A stretch of 64,000 nt of DNA from Candidatus Daviesbacteria bacterium GW2011_GWA1_41_61 (GTDB lineage: Bacteria; Patescibacteriota; Microgenomatia; Daviesbacterales; UBA10151), in the NCBI GenBank assembly GCA_000997385.1, contig LCBT01000001.1:243663-307662 (forward strand). Direction: 5' to 3'. Shown here piece after piece: positions 47,365 through 56,493 of this stretch. Made by a program: the position numbers and the translations under genes. Within the stretch, counting starts at the first letter, position 1, and every line of letters begins with the position of its first letter. The notes under the pieces are model-generated. The model ran no database searches and was not told where the DNA came from. It was given only the letters and a program-made list of their open reading frames with translations.

Positions 47365-50039
47365 CTAAAAAGTTTAACTAAATTAGAGAACGTTTGAAGT
47401 TTATGTTCCTTAAACTTCTCCTCGGTTACATAAAGACAATCTACAGTTATTTTTGACCGGGCTTGATTAACATCTTTACACCATTGTTTTAGCCTTTCCA
47501 ACTTTAATAGGTCATCCAAGTCTTCTCTTCCTTTAGTTTCTACAACCCAAATTTCCTGATTATTTACTTTTACAAAAAAATCAGGATAGTAATACGAGAT
47601 TGACCCCTCAGAATTTTTATAATCTATCTTAAAATGTATATCAAAATAATTCTTGGCAAATGATAAAATATCATCACATTTTTCGAGAAAATCAGCAAAT
47701 TGGAGTTCAAAATTACTATCACCTACAATTTTATTAAATATACTTTTCTTAGGTAATAAATATGTATTGTCATTTACTACGAAAGGTTTGCACTTACTAA
47801 TCTTTATATAGTTTTTTATTTCTGCATTACCTTTATCCTCAATAGTAAGATCATTAATTTCCTTTTTGAAAGTTTCAGTTATGGTTTTTGTAACTTCCAG
47901 CTCTGATAAATTACGTAGTATATTCAAATCCTCTAAGTTAACGTGATCTACAAACAAATAATCACTAATGAATTCTTTTACCTGACCAAATAAAATATCG
48001 TAACAGCCAAATAGACGCAGTTCCCTCATGATTGTTTGAGCAAAAAAACCGATGGCGCTTTGATATCTTGGCTCAATATTGGTATCTAAAACTGTTGTGT
48101 GGTGAATTTTATCAGCCACAACCTCTTTAAAAATTATTTCCTTCTTTTCTTTGTCGCTAAACTGTTTAATTGGCATTTTTTTGTGTTTGAATTTAGAAAC
48201 ATCTAGATTTGAAAGATTTTTATATTCTCTCTGAATACGGGGGGTAAGAATAGGCAGTTCTATATCAAGCTTTTCAATATCCTTTTTAACATTTTCACTA
48301 TCCACCTCAACAACAACTGGTGTAATCGGCTTTGCTCCTATATCCATTGCCCTTTTTTCGAGTATCACACCTTCTATGTTGATAGATTCAACGAAATCCA
48401 TAAATGCCGGAGTACCAATAATACTAACGTATTCCTCTATATCATCTCTGCCAAAAAACATCCTTCTTAGACCTCTACCTAAGGTTTGTTCGGGTAAAAT
48501 ATTTGCAGTTGATGAATATGCCCGTAGCCCAACGATAGTAGTTACATTTTTTACATCCCATCCTTCCTTAAGCATGAGTACTGATACAATAGCTTTAAAA
48601 GGACTCTCGTTGCTATCTATAGTATTTGCCTGTTCTCTTAACTTAATCAATTCCTTCTCGTCCTTACCTTGAATAGCTTCTGATATCTCCCCACTTTTAT
48701 TAGTGTGAATCGTTAAAACTGCATTTTTAAATTCAGGGTATGTTTTTTCTATGTACTCTGCTACTTCATCACAATTTTTTGTATCGTCAGTCATTATAAA
48801 AAGTATCGATTTTTTACCAGTCTTTTGAAGTTCTTTATAAGTTTTTCTCCATTCAATAACACCGAGATTTATATAATCCTCGTACTTCTCAGTAAATAGA
48901 GAGCTTTGATTTTCCTTAAGTTTTGCCCTACTGGCCTGATCTGGTAATACAGGATTTTTAACAACTCTTTGATGAATTGCTTCAACTAGTGGGTAATCAG
49001 AGATAACCTGGACAAAAATATTTCCATTATTATGTTTTGGAGTTGCAGTTACATCTATCTGTAGCGCTAACTCACCACCCTTTAGTTTAAGCTTATTATG
49101 AATATCTTGAATTGATTTAAACCAGGCTAATTTTTCATCATGGATATGATGCGCTTCATCGTTAATAACTATCAACTCATTGATCTCGCGGACTATTTCA
49201 CTTAAATTTACTTTTGAGTCGTTAGTTTTACCTACTGGTTTTGGTCCCAAAAAATAGTTCATGCTGTCTTCATCTTCGGCACTCAATCCATTAATATTTC
49301 CCTCAAAAACGCGGTGAATATTTGTTAAAAAAATGTTTCCGGTCGTGGATATTAGACCTACCTCATCTTGTAAATGAAGCGTTACTTGAAAGTCATCTTG
49401 CCAATTCTGCCCTCCATACCCATTATCTGGAAGTATTGGATCAACGTGGAAGATTTTCAAACCCGCAAAATCATTTTTAATTCTTTCAAGCACAATAATA
49501 TTCGGAGTAATTAGTAAAAAGTTTCGTGCCAGTTTAGAGTCCGGTTCATAAAGCTTATGAAAATATGCCCAAGCTAAAATTAAACTCATTACCTTTGTTT
49601 TTCCGCTGCCTGTTGCCATTTTAATGACAAACCTGAGCCAATCCTCATCAAACATATTAGGACTTACCCTACCCAATGAATCAAACTTTATTAAGTCATA
49701 CTTACTTTTAACTTTTGCAACTTCGTATAGCCATACGACTGTTTCAACTGCTTCTCTTTGGGAAAAATAATATCTAAAAGGGGTAGATACACCATTCTGG
49801 TCAAATATTGTATGTTCCTCTTTAAACCACCAATTCAAGAGAGCTTTTGAAGTTTCAGAAGCATCTGCATAATTACTGTTACGCCACTCCTTTACTTTTT
49901 TACGTAACTCCGAAATAAAAGGAGGTAGTAGTCTTTCATAACCACCTTTTTCTCTTAAATCCTCAACAGCGGGGAACCATCTTATATCTGGATCTAAAAT
50001 AACGTATGGGTCTTTTGGAAAATCTTTATGTAGTGCCAT
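47361..50039 (-). CDS. res: Type III restriction enzyme Res-like subunit (SF2 helicase plus C-terminal PD-(D/E)xK nuclease)
   Basis: Walker A KMATGSGKTKV, DEAH box VINDEAHH, and the C-terminal YYPDFFV…VVETKG nuclease motif. Confidence 0.8.
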   Translation of the reverse strand: MALHKDFPKDPYVILDPDIRWFPAVEDLREKGGYERLLPPFISELRKKVKEWRNSNYADASETSKALLNWWFKEEHTIFDQNGVSTPFRYYFSQREAVETVVWLYEVAKVKSKYDLIKFDSLGRVSPNMFDEDWLRFVIKMATGSGKTKVMSLILAWAYFHKLYEPDSKLARNFLLITPNIIVLERIKNDFAGLKIFHVDPILPDNGYGGQNWQDDFQVTLHLQDEVGLISTTGNIFLTNIHRVFEGNINGLSAEDEDSMNYFLGPKPVGKTNDSKVNLSEIVREINELIVINDEAHHIHDEKLAWFKSIQDIHNKLKLKGGELALQIDVTATPKHNNGNIFVQVISDYPLVEAIHQRVVKNPVLPDQASRAKLKENQSSLFTEKYEDYINLGVIEWRKTYKELQKTGKKSILFIMTDDTKNCDEVAEYIEKTYPEFKNAVLTIHTNKSGEISEAIQGKDEKELIKLREQANTIDSNESPFKAIVSVLMLKEGWDVKNVTTIVGLRAYSSTANILPEQTLGRGLRRMFFGRDDIEEYVSIIGTPAFMDFVESINIEGVILEKRAMDIGAKPITPVVVEVDSENVKKDIEKLDIELPILTPRIQREYKNLSNLDVSKFKHKKMPIKQFSDKEKKEIIFKEVVADKIHHTTVLDTNIEPRYQSAIGFFAQTIMRELRLFGCYDILFGQVKEFISDYLFVDHVNLEDLNILRNLSELEVTKTITETFKKEINDLTIEDKGNAEIKNYIKISKCKPFVVNDNTYLLPKKSIFNKIVGDSNFELQFADFLEKCDDILSFAKNYFDIHFKIDYKNSEGSISYYYPDFFVKVNNQEIWVVETKGREDLDDLLKLERLKQWCKDVNQARSKITVDCLYVTEEKFKEHKLQTFSNLVKLFR

Positions 50040-50104
50040 ATATCATTATCAAAGCCATCTGAAAATGGAAAATGAGTCCTTTAGCCTCAAAAATTCAGAT
50101 TGTT

Positions 50105-51475
50105 TTACCTATTTTCAACCCCCTTTGAAAACAGACTAAGTTGTTGCATATTCTCTTTAGTTTTTTGCTGGATTGTTTTTTTTGCTTTAAGAATAAACTT
50201 AATTGGCAGATAATCCTGTGTTAATCCCCAATATTTCAGTTTTCCTTCCTGTTTTTTCACCTCTATTACCCCAGCATCTCTTAATGGATTAAAATAATAA
50301 CCAGATATATTTGAGGGAGCTTTTTTTAATTGTATGGCTAAATCTTTTTGAGTTACATAGTTACTTGATGTTGCTAAAAATATTAGTAGTTCTTCTTGTT
50401 CTTTTGTTAACTCGCTTTTTTTAATCACCTCCCAGCGTTCTTTACCAAGTAACAGCATTGCTTCATCAACACCCAAAGGCTCCAGTACTGTTTCAGGTAC
50501 CTGACTGAGAATATCCTTTAATCCATTCATAATCGAACGGGCATCTCCCTCGTATAAATCATATAAACTGAAAATTGCCTCATTTGAGAATGGTGCTATA
50601 TATTTAACGACATCAGGAGATTTTAATAGCTCCATTCTTTCTTCAAACGCTTTAATTATTTCTAATTTACTAAGTGGATTAACCACTAACGGTGATAAGT
50701 GAAATACACTTTTTAAACGTTTCTCTACAGATATAATATCTCTGAAGAAATGCTTTGGCCCTAAAAATAAATAATAAACATCTCTTGTTTGAAGAATATC
50801 CCGTATTTCCTGAAAAAATCCTATAACACCCTTTTTTTCTTTTGAGTCGGATAGCACAATATCAAAATTATTGATATGAACAATAAGACCACCAAACTTT
50901 TTCCCTGCTATTTCATGAGTCTTTATAAACTCCACAAGATTAGAAAAATAGTTTTCGAGCATGGTATTTGATATACTTGGGGGATATTCTGTTGTTCCTG
51001 TTTTACCGAACTCTCCACCAAACCCCGCAATACTAATTCCTGCGGAAATATCTAAACTTTGAGTAATATCAACAAGTTTTTCTAGTTTTTGAAGTAATTC
51101 TTCTTTTTTGATAAGATCAGGGTCAAGAAGTCTGATCTCCCTAAGGGTAGATCCGATAACCTCTGTTAAGAAACTTTTTTTGTTTAAAAGATTTTTTGAT
51201 GCTTCTATTTCCCTTCGGAACGAAAAAAGAGGTTTCTTTTTCTCTTCATATTTAAATAGAAACTTATGGAAATTAGCCAAGCTTGTTTTGCCTACACCGA
51301 CATTTCCAAGAATTGTCAAACAGGCTCTTGAATCAGAAAGAAAGATATCCTTCAGGCTTTGAAGCTCGACAGTTCTTCCTACAAATGCTTTGTGGATAGG
51401 TAATTCCCCACCCTCTATAAGAGGGAGAGTATCATAAGGGTTGCTTCGTAATCCAAATTGCTGCCAGTTAATCAT
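50105..51475 (-). CDS. P-loop NTPase (AAA_16/STAND-like) with C-terminal winged-helix domain, embedded between mod and res
   Basis: FVGRTVELQSL…ILGNVGVGKTSLANF Walker A. C-terminal wHTH-like region …TQKDLAIQLKK…GVIEV…. Confidence 0.6.
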   Translation of the reverse strand: MINWQQFGLRSNPYDTLPLIEGGELPIHKAFVGRTVELQSLKDIFLSDSRACLTILGNVGVGKTSLANFHKFLFKYEEKKKPLFSFRREIEASKNLLNKKSFLTEVIGSTLREIRLLDPDLIKKEELLQKLEKLVDITQSLDISAGISIAGFGGEFGKTGTTEYPPSISNTMLENYFSNLVEFIKTHEIAGKKFGGLIVHINNFDIVLSDSKEKKGVIGFFQEIRDILQTRDVYYLFLGPKHFFRDIISVEKRLKSVFHLSPLVVNPLSKLEIIKAFEERMELLKSPDVVKYIAPFSNEAIFSLYDLYEGDARSIMNGLKDILSQVPETVLEPLGVDEAMLLLGKERWEVIKKSELTKEQEELLIFLATSSNYVTQKDLAIQLKKAPSNISGYYFNPLRDAGVIEVKKQEGKLKYWGLTQDYLPIKFILKAKKTIQQKTKENMQQLSLFSKGVENR

Positions 51476-51592
51476 ATGTATTTTCTATATATATAGTTAT
51501 TTATACAAATCTCTATATATTAAATTTGCTTTATAATCAAGTAGCCACACTTAATAGTATTCATGCAATTAATTTATTCCTCTTTTATATAA

Positions 51593-53767
51593 CTATATAT
51601 TTACCTCAATAACTTTTGTTGTGTCGTTGCCAAAAATATCTACAACTTTTACTGCAAGTTTGCGTGATCCCTTTGAGACTTCTTTAGCTGCCGAAATTAA
51701 TTCTAAACTTCGATCTTTTTTGGTACGGAATGATTGCCATTCATTTTCAAAAATATAGTTTCCCGTCCAGGCATCTTCTTCATCTTCATTTTTTTGATTC
51801 CTTATTCTTATGAATTCCTTTTTACTTTCAAAGTTAAAATCTACCGCCCAATAATCAACCCAATCTGTCCATTTCGTTGTTAAAACCTCACGGTTAATAA
51901 CCTCTGAATCCTTGCCTTTACTAAGTCTTATAACTTGACCATTTTCAATCACAACCTTACTGCCTCCAGATTTTAACTTTTCTTCAACCTCTCCTGTATC
52001 ATCTTGGTTATAAAAAACACTAAAATCACTTAATTCAATAGCTACAGTATTCTTTTTGACAATTGGTTTAACCTCTATAAATGCCACCTCGTAGAATTTT
52101 ACTTGTCCCTTTTCAACAGCTTTTTTATCAAATACCTCTCGTGGTATTACTCTAAGTTGCAGATCAACTCCTTGATTTTTAAACTGATCTACTTCAAGTC
52201 CCATCTCCCAATCAAACCCAAGTACGTCTACTTTGGTAATGTTTTTCTCTACACATTCAACTACTACTTGATGTAAAAAGTCTCCGGAAACAGGAAAGTT
52301 TATTGGACCGATAGCCACAAGGCGGTCTCTTTTTTTACCGACCATAGTTAAAAATGAATCCACAGGTTCCGCTTTGTATGCTGACAATATCAATTTAATA
52401 AATTCTTTTTCTTTTATGTCTTGTTGTAATTGTCTTTCTTCTTCTCTTAAATCTGGGTTTACTTGGATAAACAAATCCCGTTCGTATGTTCCTATATTCA
52501 AAATTTCAAAGGCTCTAAAATTCTTACCCACTTTTTTCAGTTCTCTTTGAACTCCAATCATTCTTTTACGAGTAGTATGAATAGCAAATCTTCCCAAATC
52601 AGAACCAATCCATTTTCTACCCAACTTCTCGGCAACTGCTAATGTAGTTCCAGAACCCACAAAAAAATCTGCAACGATATCACCTTCATCAGAAGAAGCA
52701 GTGATTATACGTCTAAGTAGGAATTCAGGTTTTTGTGTAGGATAATCAAGCAATTCCTTTGAGGAAGTTGCAACCCCAAATCCTGGAATGTCTGTCCAGA
52801 TAGAATCCTGGGGAATTGTGTATTCATCTAAATAGTATTTTTTATATTTTTGCCCACTTGAAGAAACATAAATTAACCCTCTTTCTTCAAAATCTTTTAT
52901 CGATATTGGTGAATAATCGCCAAGAGTAGTTCTTTTGAATTTTCTACCATCAGGATCTTGATATCTAAATTCATTGAGTTGCTTATCGACAAGAGTGCCA
53001 CTTTGAGGGTGAAATATATGTGAGTCTGATTTTGAGTAACAAAAAATTATATCAAACGTTTTTGGCCAATGTTTTGCTACTGCTTTTGCACCTTTACCTA
53101 CAGCATCTTTTTTCCAAATAATTTCTCCACGGTAATTAGCACTACCAAACAATTCATTTAGAATCATCCTTAGATAGCTGTTAAGTCGCCAATCGCAATG
53201 GACATATATACTTCCTTTATCTGCTAGTAAATCAGCCATTAATTTTAATCGCTCATAAATCATTGCAATAAAACTGTCAGCTCCTTTACCCCAAGTGTCC
53301 CGATAAGCAACTTCTTCTATAATTGAGGGTTTCTTAGTAAATTCTTCATCACCTATCTGTACATTCATGGAAAAATCAGCACCTACATCAAATGGTGGGT
53401 CAATATAAATGAGTTTTATACCACCTTGAGCTTCAATTTCTTTACGGAGGGGACCGTTTTTAAGGGAGGACAGAATTAATTTATTGTCGCCCCAGATAAG
53501 TTTGTTTGTCCAGCCTTGGATTTGATGACCGGAAGTGTCAAAAAGAGTTTGTTGCATTTTTATCTCCGCTTCACTTCTTGGCTCATCAATATGCTCAATT
53601 GTTTGAAAAGGGAGAACAATATTACTAACCTCATTTGTCTTCCCATTCCACACCAACTCAACCTCCCGTTCATCATCAAAAAGAAGAAACCTGTACTTAT
53701 CGGGTAATGGCTTACCTGATTCAAGGTATTTTATAACATCACGTTTTTCATTGTCAGATAGTTTCAT
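51593..53767 (-). CDS. mod: Type III Mod-like beta-class N6-adenine (or N4-cytosine) DNA methyltransferase with roughly 300-aa C-terminal extension
   Basis: Motif IV IDPPFD precedes motif I FFVGSGTT (beta-class order). Total 724 aa. Confidence 0.8.
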   Translation of the reverse strand: MKLSDNEKRDVIKYLESGKPLPDKYRFLLFDDEREVELVWNGKTNEVSNIVLPFQTIEHIDEPRSEAEIKMQQTLFDTSGHQIQGWTNKLIWGDNKLILSSLKNGPLRKEIEAQGGIKLIYIDPPFDVGADFSMNVQIGDEEFTKKPSIIEEVAYRDTWGKGADSFIAMIYERLKLMADLLADKGSIYVHCDWRLNSYLRMILNELFGSANYRGEIIWKKDAVGKGAKAVAKHWPKTFDIIFCYSKSDSHIFHPQSGTLVDKQLNEFRYQDPDGRKFKRTTLGDYSPISIKDFEERGLIYVSSSGQKYKKYYLDEYTIPQDSIWTDIPGFGVATSSKELLDYPTQKPEFLLRRIITASSDEGDIVADFFVGSGTTLAVAEKLGRKWIGSDLGRFAIHTTRKRMIGVQRELKKVGKNFRAFEILNIGTYERDLFIQVNPDLREEERQLQQDIKEKEFIKLILSAYKAEPVDSFLTMVGKKRDRLVAIGPINFPVSGDFLHQVVVECVEKNITKVDVLGFDWEMGLEVDQFKNQGVDLQLRVIPREVFDKKAVEKGQVKFYEVAFIEVKPIVKKNTVAIELSDFSVFYNQDDTGEVEEKLKSGGSKVVIENGQVIRLSKGKDSEVINREVLTTKWTDWVDYWAVDFNFESKKEFIRIRNQKNEDEEDAWTGNYIFENEWQSFRTKKDRSLELISAAKEVSKGSRKLAVKVVDIFGNDTTKVIEVNI

Positions 53768-53879
53768 ATTTTCATGCCTATATTAAAGCACAAATCTTGT
53801 CCTGCCTGCTATTTTAGTACTTAACCTGGGTGAAAACAATGTAAAGAGGTCTTATCTTGTAAAAAGGTTTTGAAGTACT

Positions 53880-55172
53880 ATGATTATCCTAAGAAGTGAA
53901 GGGGTGATTATGAAAAATCTGTTAAAAAAAGTCAGGAAGTTGGTGGAAAAATTGTTGCTTCGGCTGAAGCTGTATTTTAAAAAACTACTGTTTCCCTTAT
54001 ACCTTTTTCCTTTAAAGATTGCTACTTATTCCCTGTATTACTTGATTTTATTTATCATTAAGCTAATCCTGGCTTTATTGGGGCTTCTTTTTGATGCCCT
54101 AAAATACCCTTTTAAATCCATGAAACATTTTTTAAAATTTGCCCTGCTTCTGTCAGCATCTTTATACCTTGTGGCATCACTATTTGTGATTGCCGACTAT
54201 TTGCGCATCCAATACGGTTTTTATGGCAAATTTTTCTGTGCTTACGGTACCAAAGAAAAATTATTAAGCTCAGTTGTCCGGATAGTGGGTGGTTATTCTG
54301 AAGGTTCGGGCTTCTTCATCTCTGAAACCTCGGTATTAACCAATTTCCATGTTATTGCCGATGAACCAAGTCCAAAGATTATTTTTCCTGACGGCAAATT
54401 TATTACCCCTATTAAAATCCTGGGCGATAAAAATGCCGATTTAGCAGTTTTAATTACCGATAAAAAGTATCCTGAAAAAGTATTATCCATCCCTAGTCAA
54501 GTAGAGTTTAAAGCAGATGAGCCACTGATCTCTGCAGGTTATCCGCTGGGAACAAATCTGACCGGAAACGCTACTGTAGTGAGGGGTAATTTTATCGATT
54601 TCCGCCATTCCAAGAACAACCCGGTTTATTACATCCAAACCAACATCAGCTTAGTAGAAGGCATGAGTGGAGGACCGCTAACAGATCAGTGTGGAAAGGT
54701 TATGGGTGTAAATACCATGAGTTTGGCAGGATTATCCCTGTTTATCGGAGCTGACCAGGTAAAGTCTATGGTTTCCAGTTTTTCAGACCAGGGGATAACC
54801 AAGATCGAGGTTGATCCATCCGCTTCCCCGGAGGATTCAGTCAAAGCTTTTTACACTTATCTTAAAGCCAGGAGGATGGAAGATGGCTTTAAACTGTTAA
54901 GCCAGGAATATCTTAAGAAAACGAATTTTCAGGAATGGACCAGCAGGTTTAAGGATATTTTGGATGTCAACATAATTAAATCAGAAAAGCTTGAAAATTC
55001 GCCAGATTCGGCTTTTATTAAGTTTTCAACAAAAAACTGGATAGATAATGAGGCGGAGGTGCATTTTTACGAAGGGACCTGGCAAACAGTTAAGGAAGAT
55101 AGGGTGTATAAAATGCTTAAAAGTAATATTAAGGAGATCTACAACCCCGGCTATTTATGGTTTTATGAATAA
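53880..55172 (+). CDS. Membrane-anchored trypsin-like (S1) serine protease
   Basis: Multi-TM N-terminus. Catalytic triad His (TNFHVIAD), Asp (NADLAVL), Ser (GMSGGPL). A roughly 100-aa C-terminal domain of unknown function. Confidence 0.75.
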   Translation: MIILRSEGVIMKNLLKKVRKLVEKLLLRLKLYFKKLLFPLYLFPLKIATYSLYYLILFIIKLILALLGLLFDALKYPFKSMKHFLKFALLLSASLYLVASLFVIADYLRIQYGFYGKFFCAYGTKEKLLSSVVRIVGGYSEGSGFFISETSVLTNFHVIADEPSPKIIFPDGKFITPIKILGDKNADLAVLITDKKYPEKVLSIPSQVEFKADEPLISAGYPLGTNLTGNATVVRGNFIDFRHSKNNPVYYIQTNISLVEGMSGGPLTDQCGKVMGVNTMSLAGLSLFIGADQVKSMVSSFSDQGITKIEVDPSASPEDSVKAFYTYLKARRMEDGFKLLSQEYLKKTNFQEWTSRFKDILDVNIIKSEKLENSPDSAFIKFSTKNWIDNEAEVHFYEGTWQTVKEDRVYKMLKSNIKEIYNPGYLWFYE

Positions 55173-55249
55173 AATTATGTTTTCCAACCCCAAGGGTTGT
55201 TTGGCTTCTAACCTCGGGTACTATGATCTAAAGCATTATAAAAAAGTTA

Positions 55250-55279
55250 CGCCAGATTTTGCGCGTGATTTGCGCAAGA
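55250..55279. repeat. 30-bp perfect direct repeat, copy 1 (CGCCAGATTTTGCGCGTGATTTGCGCAAGA)
   Basis: Identical to 56437-56466. The two copies flank the Fic gene. Confidence 0.9.
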
Positions 55280-55281
55280 TG

Positions 55282-55308
55282 TGATATAATTATCCGAAAG
55301 GATAATTA
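55282..55308 (+). promoter_or_regulatory. Extended -10 element (TGaTATAAT) overlapping a 9-bp-stem hairpin with GAAA loop, upstream of fic
   Basis: TGATATAAT at 55282-55290. Hairpin arms TAATTATCC (55287-55295) and GGATAATTA (55300-55308) around a GAAA loop. Confidence 0.4.
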
Positions 55309-55374
55309 ACAGGTTCTGCAAGCAAGCTGTAAAATTTCTCTACAGCGAGCGAAGCAAGTCCTTATAATATACCT

Positions 55375-56433
55375 ATGTTTAAGCCAAATTACACCATTAC
55401 ACCCCTCATTCTCTCCCGAATAGCCGAAACTGCAGAAATCAAAGCTGCCGTGGAAAGATCCAGAGTTTTACCCCTTAATGAAGCCCAGTTAAAAAGACAG
55501 GCAATCCTCCGAATGGCCCATACCTCTACTTCTATTGAAGGTAACAAATTGGCTCAATTTGAAGTTGGCAAAGTGCAGGAGGGTAAAACAGTCAGAGCTC
55601 CCCAAAAAGATATTTTGGAAGTAGAAAATTACTTAAATGCCTTAAAACTTTTAGATAATTTATCTAAAACAAAAAATCATCTTACCATCCAGGAGATCCT
55701 GACTATGCATAAAACAGTGATAGACGGGCTGGTGGATGAGGAAAAGTCGGGTAAATTTCGCCCGGCAGATGTTTATGTCATCGATGATTTAGGAGGAGGT
55801 AAGGAAATGCTAAGATTTAAAGCTCCTCCGGCAAGCAAAGTTGCTGGGTTAATTGACGACTTACTCCGCTGGATTAGATCCGCCAAAGAAGCTGGAACCC
55901 ATCCGATTGTGGTAGCAGGGATCTTCCATATGGAATTTGTTTCCATCCATCCTTTTACTGATGGAAATGGCAGGGCAGCCAGGCTTTTAACCCAACTTTT
56001 GCTCTACAGGATGAACTGGGACTTTCGAAAAATTATCGTTTTGGAAGACTATTACAATAGGGATCGTTTAGCCTATTACAATGCCGAGCACTATGATGAG
56101 GGAAAGGAGTACCAACAAGGCAGAGATTTCACCCATTGGTTAGAGTATTTTTCCACGGGTTTTTTAGTCGAAGCCAGAAAAGCGCTGGAACAGATCCAAC
56201 TAATAGGCTACGGACAGGTTAGTAAAAAATCAGAGACTGTTTATTTAGATAGAGACGAACTGCAAATAATGGATTTTTTAACAACAGTGGGGAGGATTAC
56301 TTCCGAGGACATTGTGGATATTTTAAAGGTTTCAAAACGCACAGCTCAACTCAAGCTTAAGAAATTACTGGATTATGGCTTGATAAAGCGTCACGGCAGC
56401 ACCACGGCTACTCAGTACACTCTGAAAAAATGA
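55375..56433 (+). CDS. Class II Fic-domain AMP-transferase with N-terminal inhibitory helix and C-terminal wHTH
   Basis: Fic motif HPFTDGNGRAAR. The upstream STSIEGN matches the (S/T)xxxE(G/N) autoinhibition motif. C-terminal HTH-like …SKRTAQLKLKKLLDYGLI…. Confidence 0.85.
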   Translation: MFKPNYTITPLILSRIAETAEIKAAVERSRVLPLNEAQLKRQAILRMAHTSTSIEGNKLAQFEVGKVQEGKTVRAPQKDILEVENYLNALKLLDNLSKTKNHLTIQEILTMHKTVIDGLVDEEKSGKFRPADVYVIDDLGGGKEMLRFKAPPASKVAGLIDDLLRWIRSAKEAGTHPIVVAGIFHMEFVSIHPFTDGNGRAARLLTQLLLYRMNWDFRKIIVLEDYYNRDRLAYYNAEHYDEGKEYQQGRDFTHWLEYFSTGFLVEARKALEQIQLIGYGQVSKKSETVYLDRDELQIMDFLTTVGRITSEDIVDILKVSKRTAQLKLKKLLDYGLIKRHGSTTATQYTLKK

Positions 56434-56436
56434 TTT

Positions 56437-56466
56437 CGCCAGATTTTGCGCGTGATTTGCGCAAGA
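56437..56466. repeat. 30-bp perfect direct repeat, copy 2
   Basis: Identical to 55250-55279. Begins 4 nt after the fic stop codon. Confidence 0.9.
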
Positions 56467-56493
56467 ACTTTCAACTTAACCCATCAGCAGCCA

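Noticed and set aside
55048-55284. 78-aa plus-strand ORF spanning the protease 3' end and repeat copy 1
   Set aside because: It overlaps the protease C-terminus in another frame. It is noted only because its tail (PDFARDLRK) is the translated repeat, possibly a relic of the pre-insertion ORF, and not a gene in its own right.
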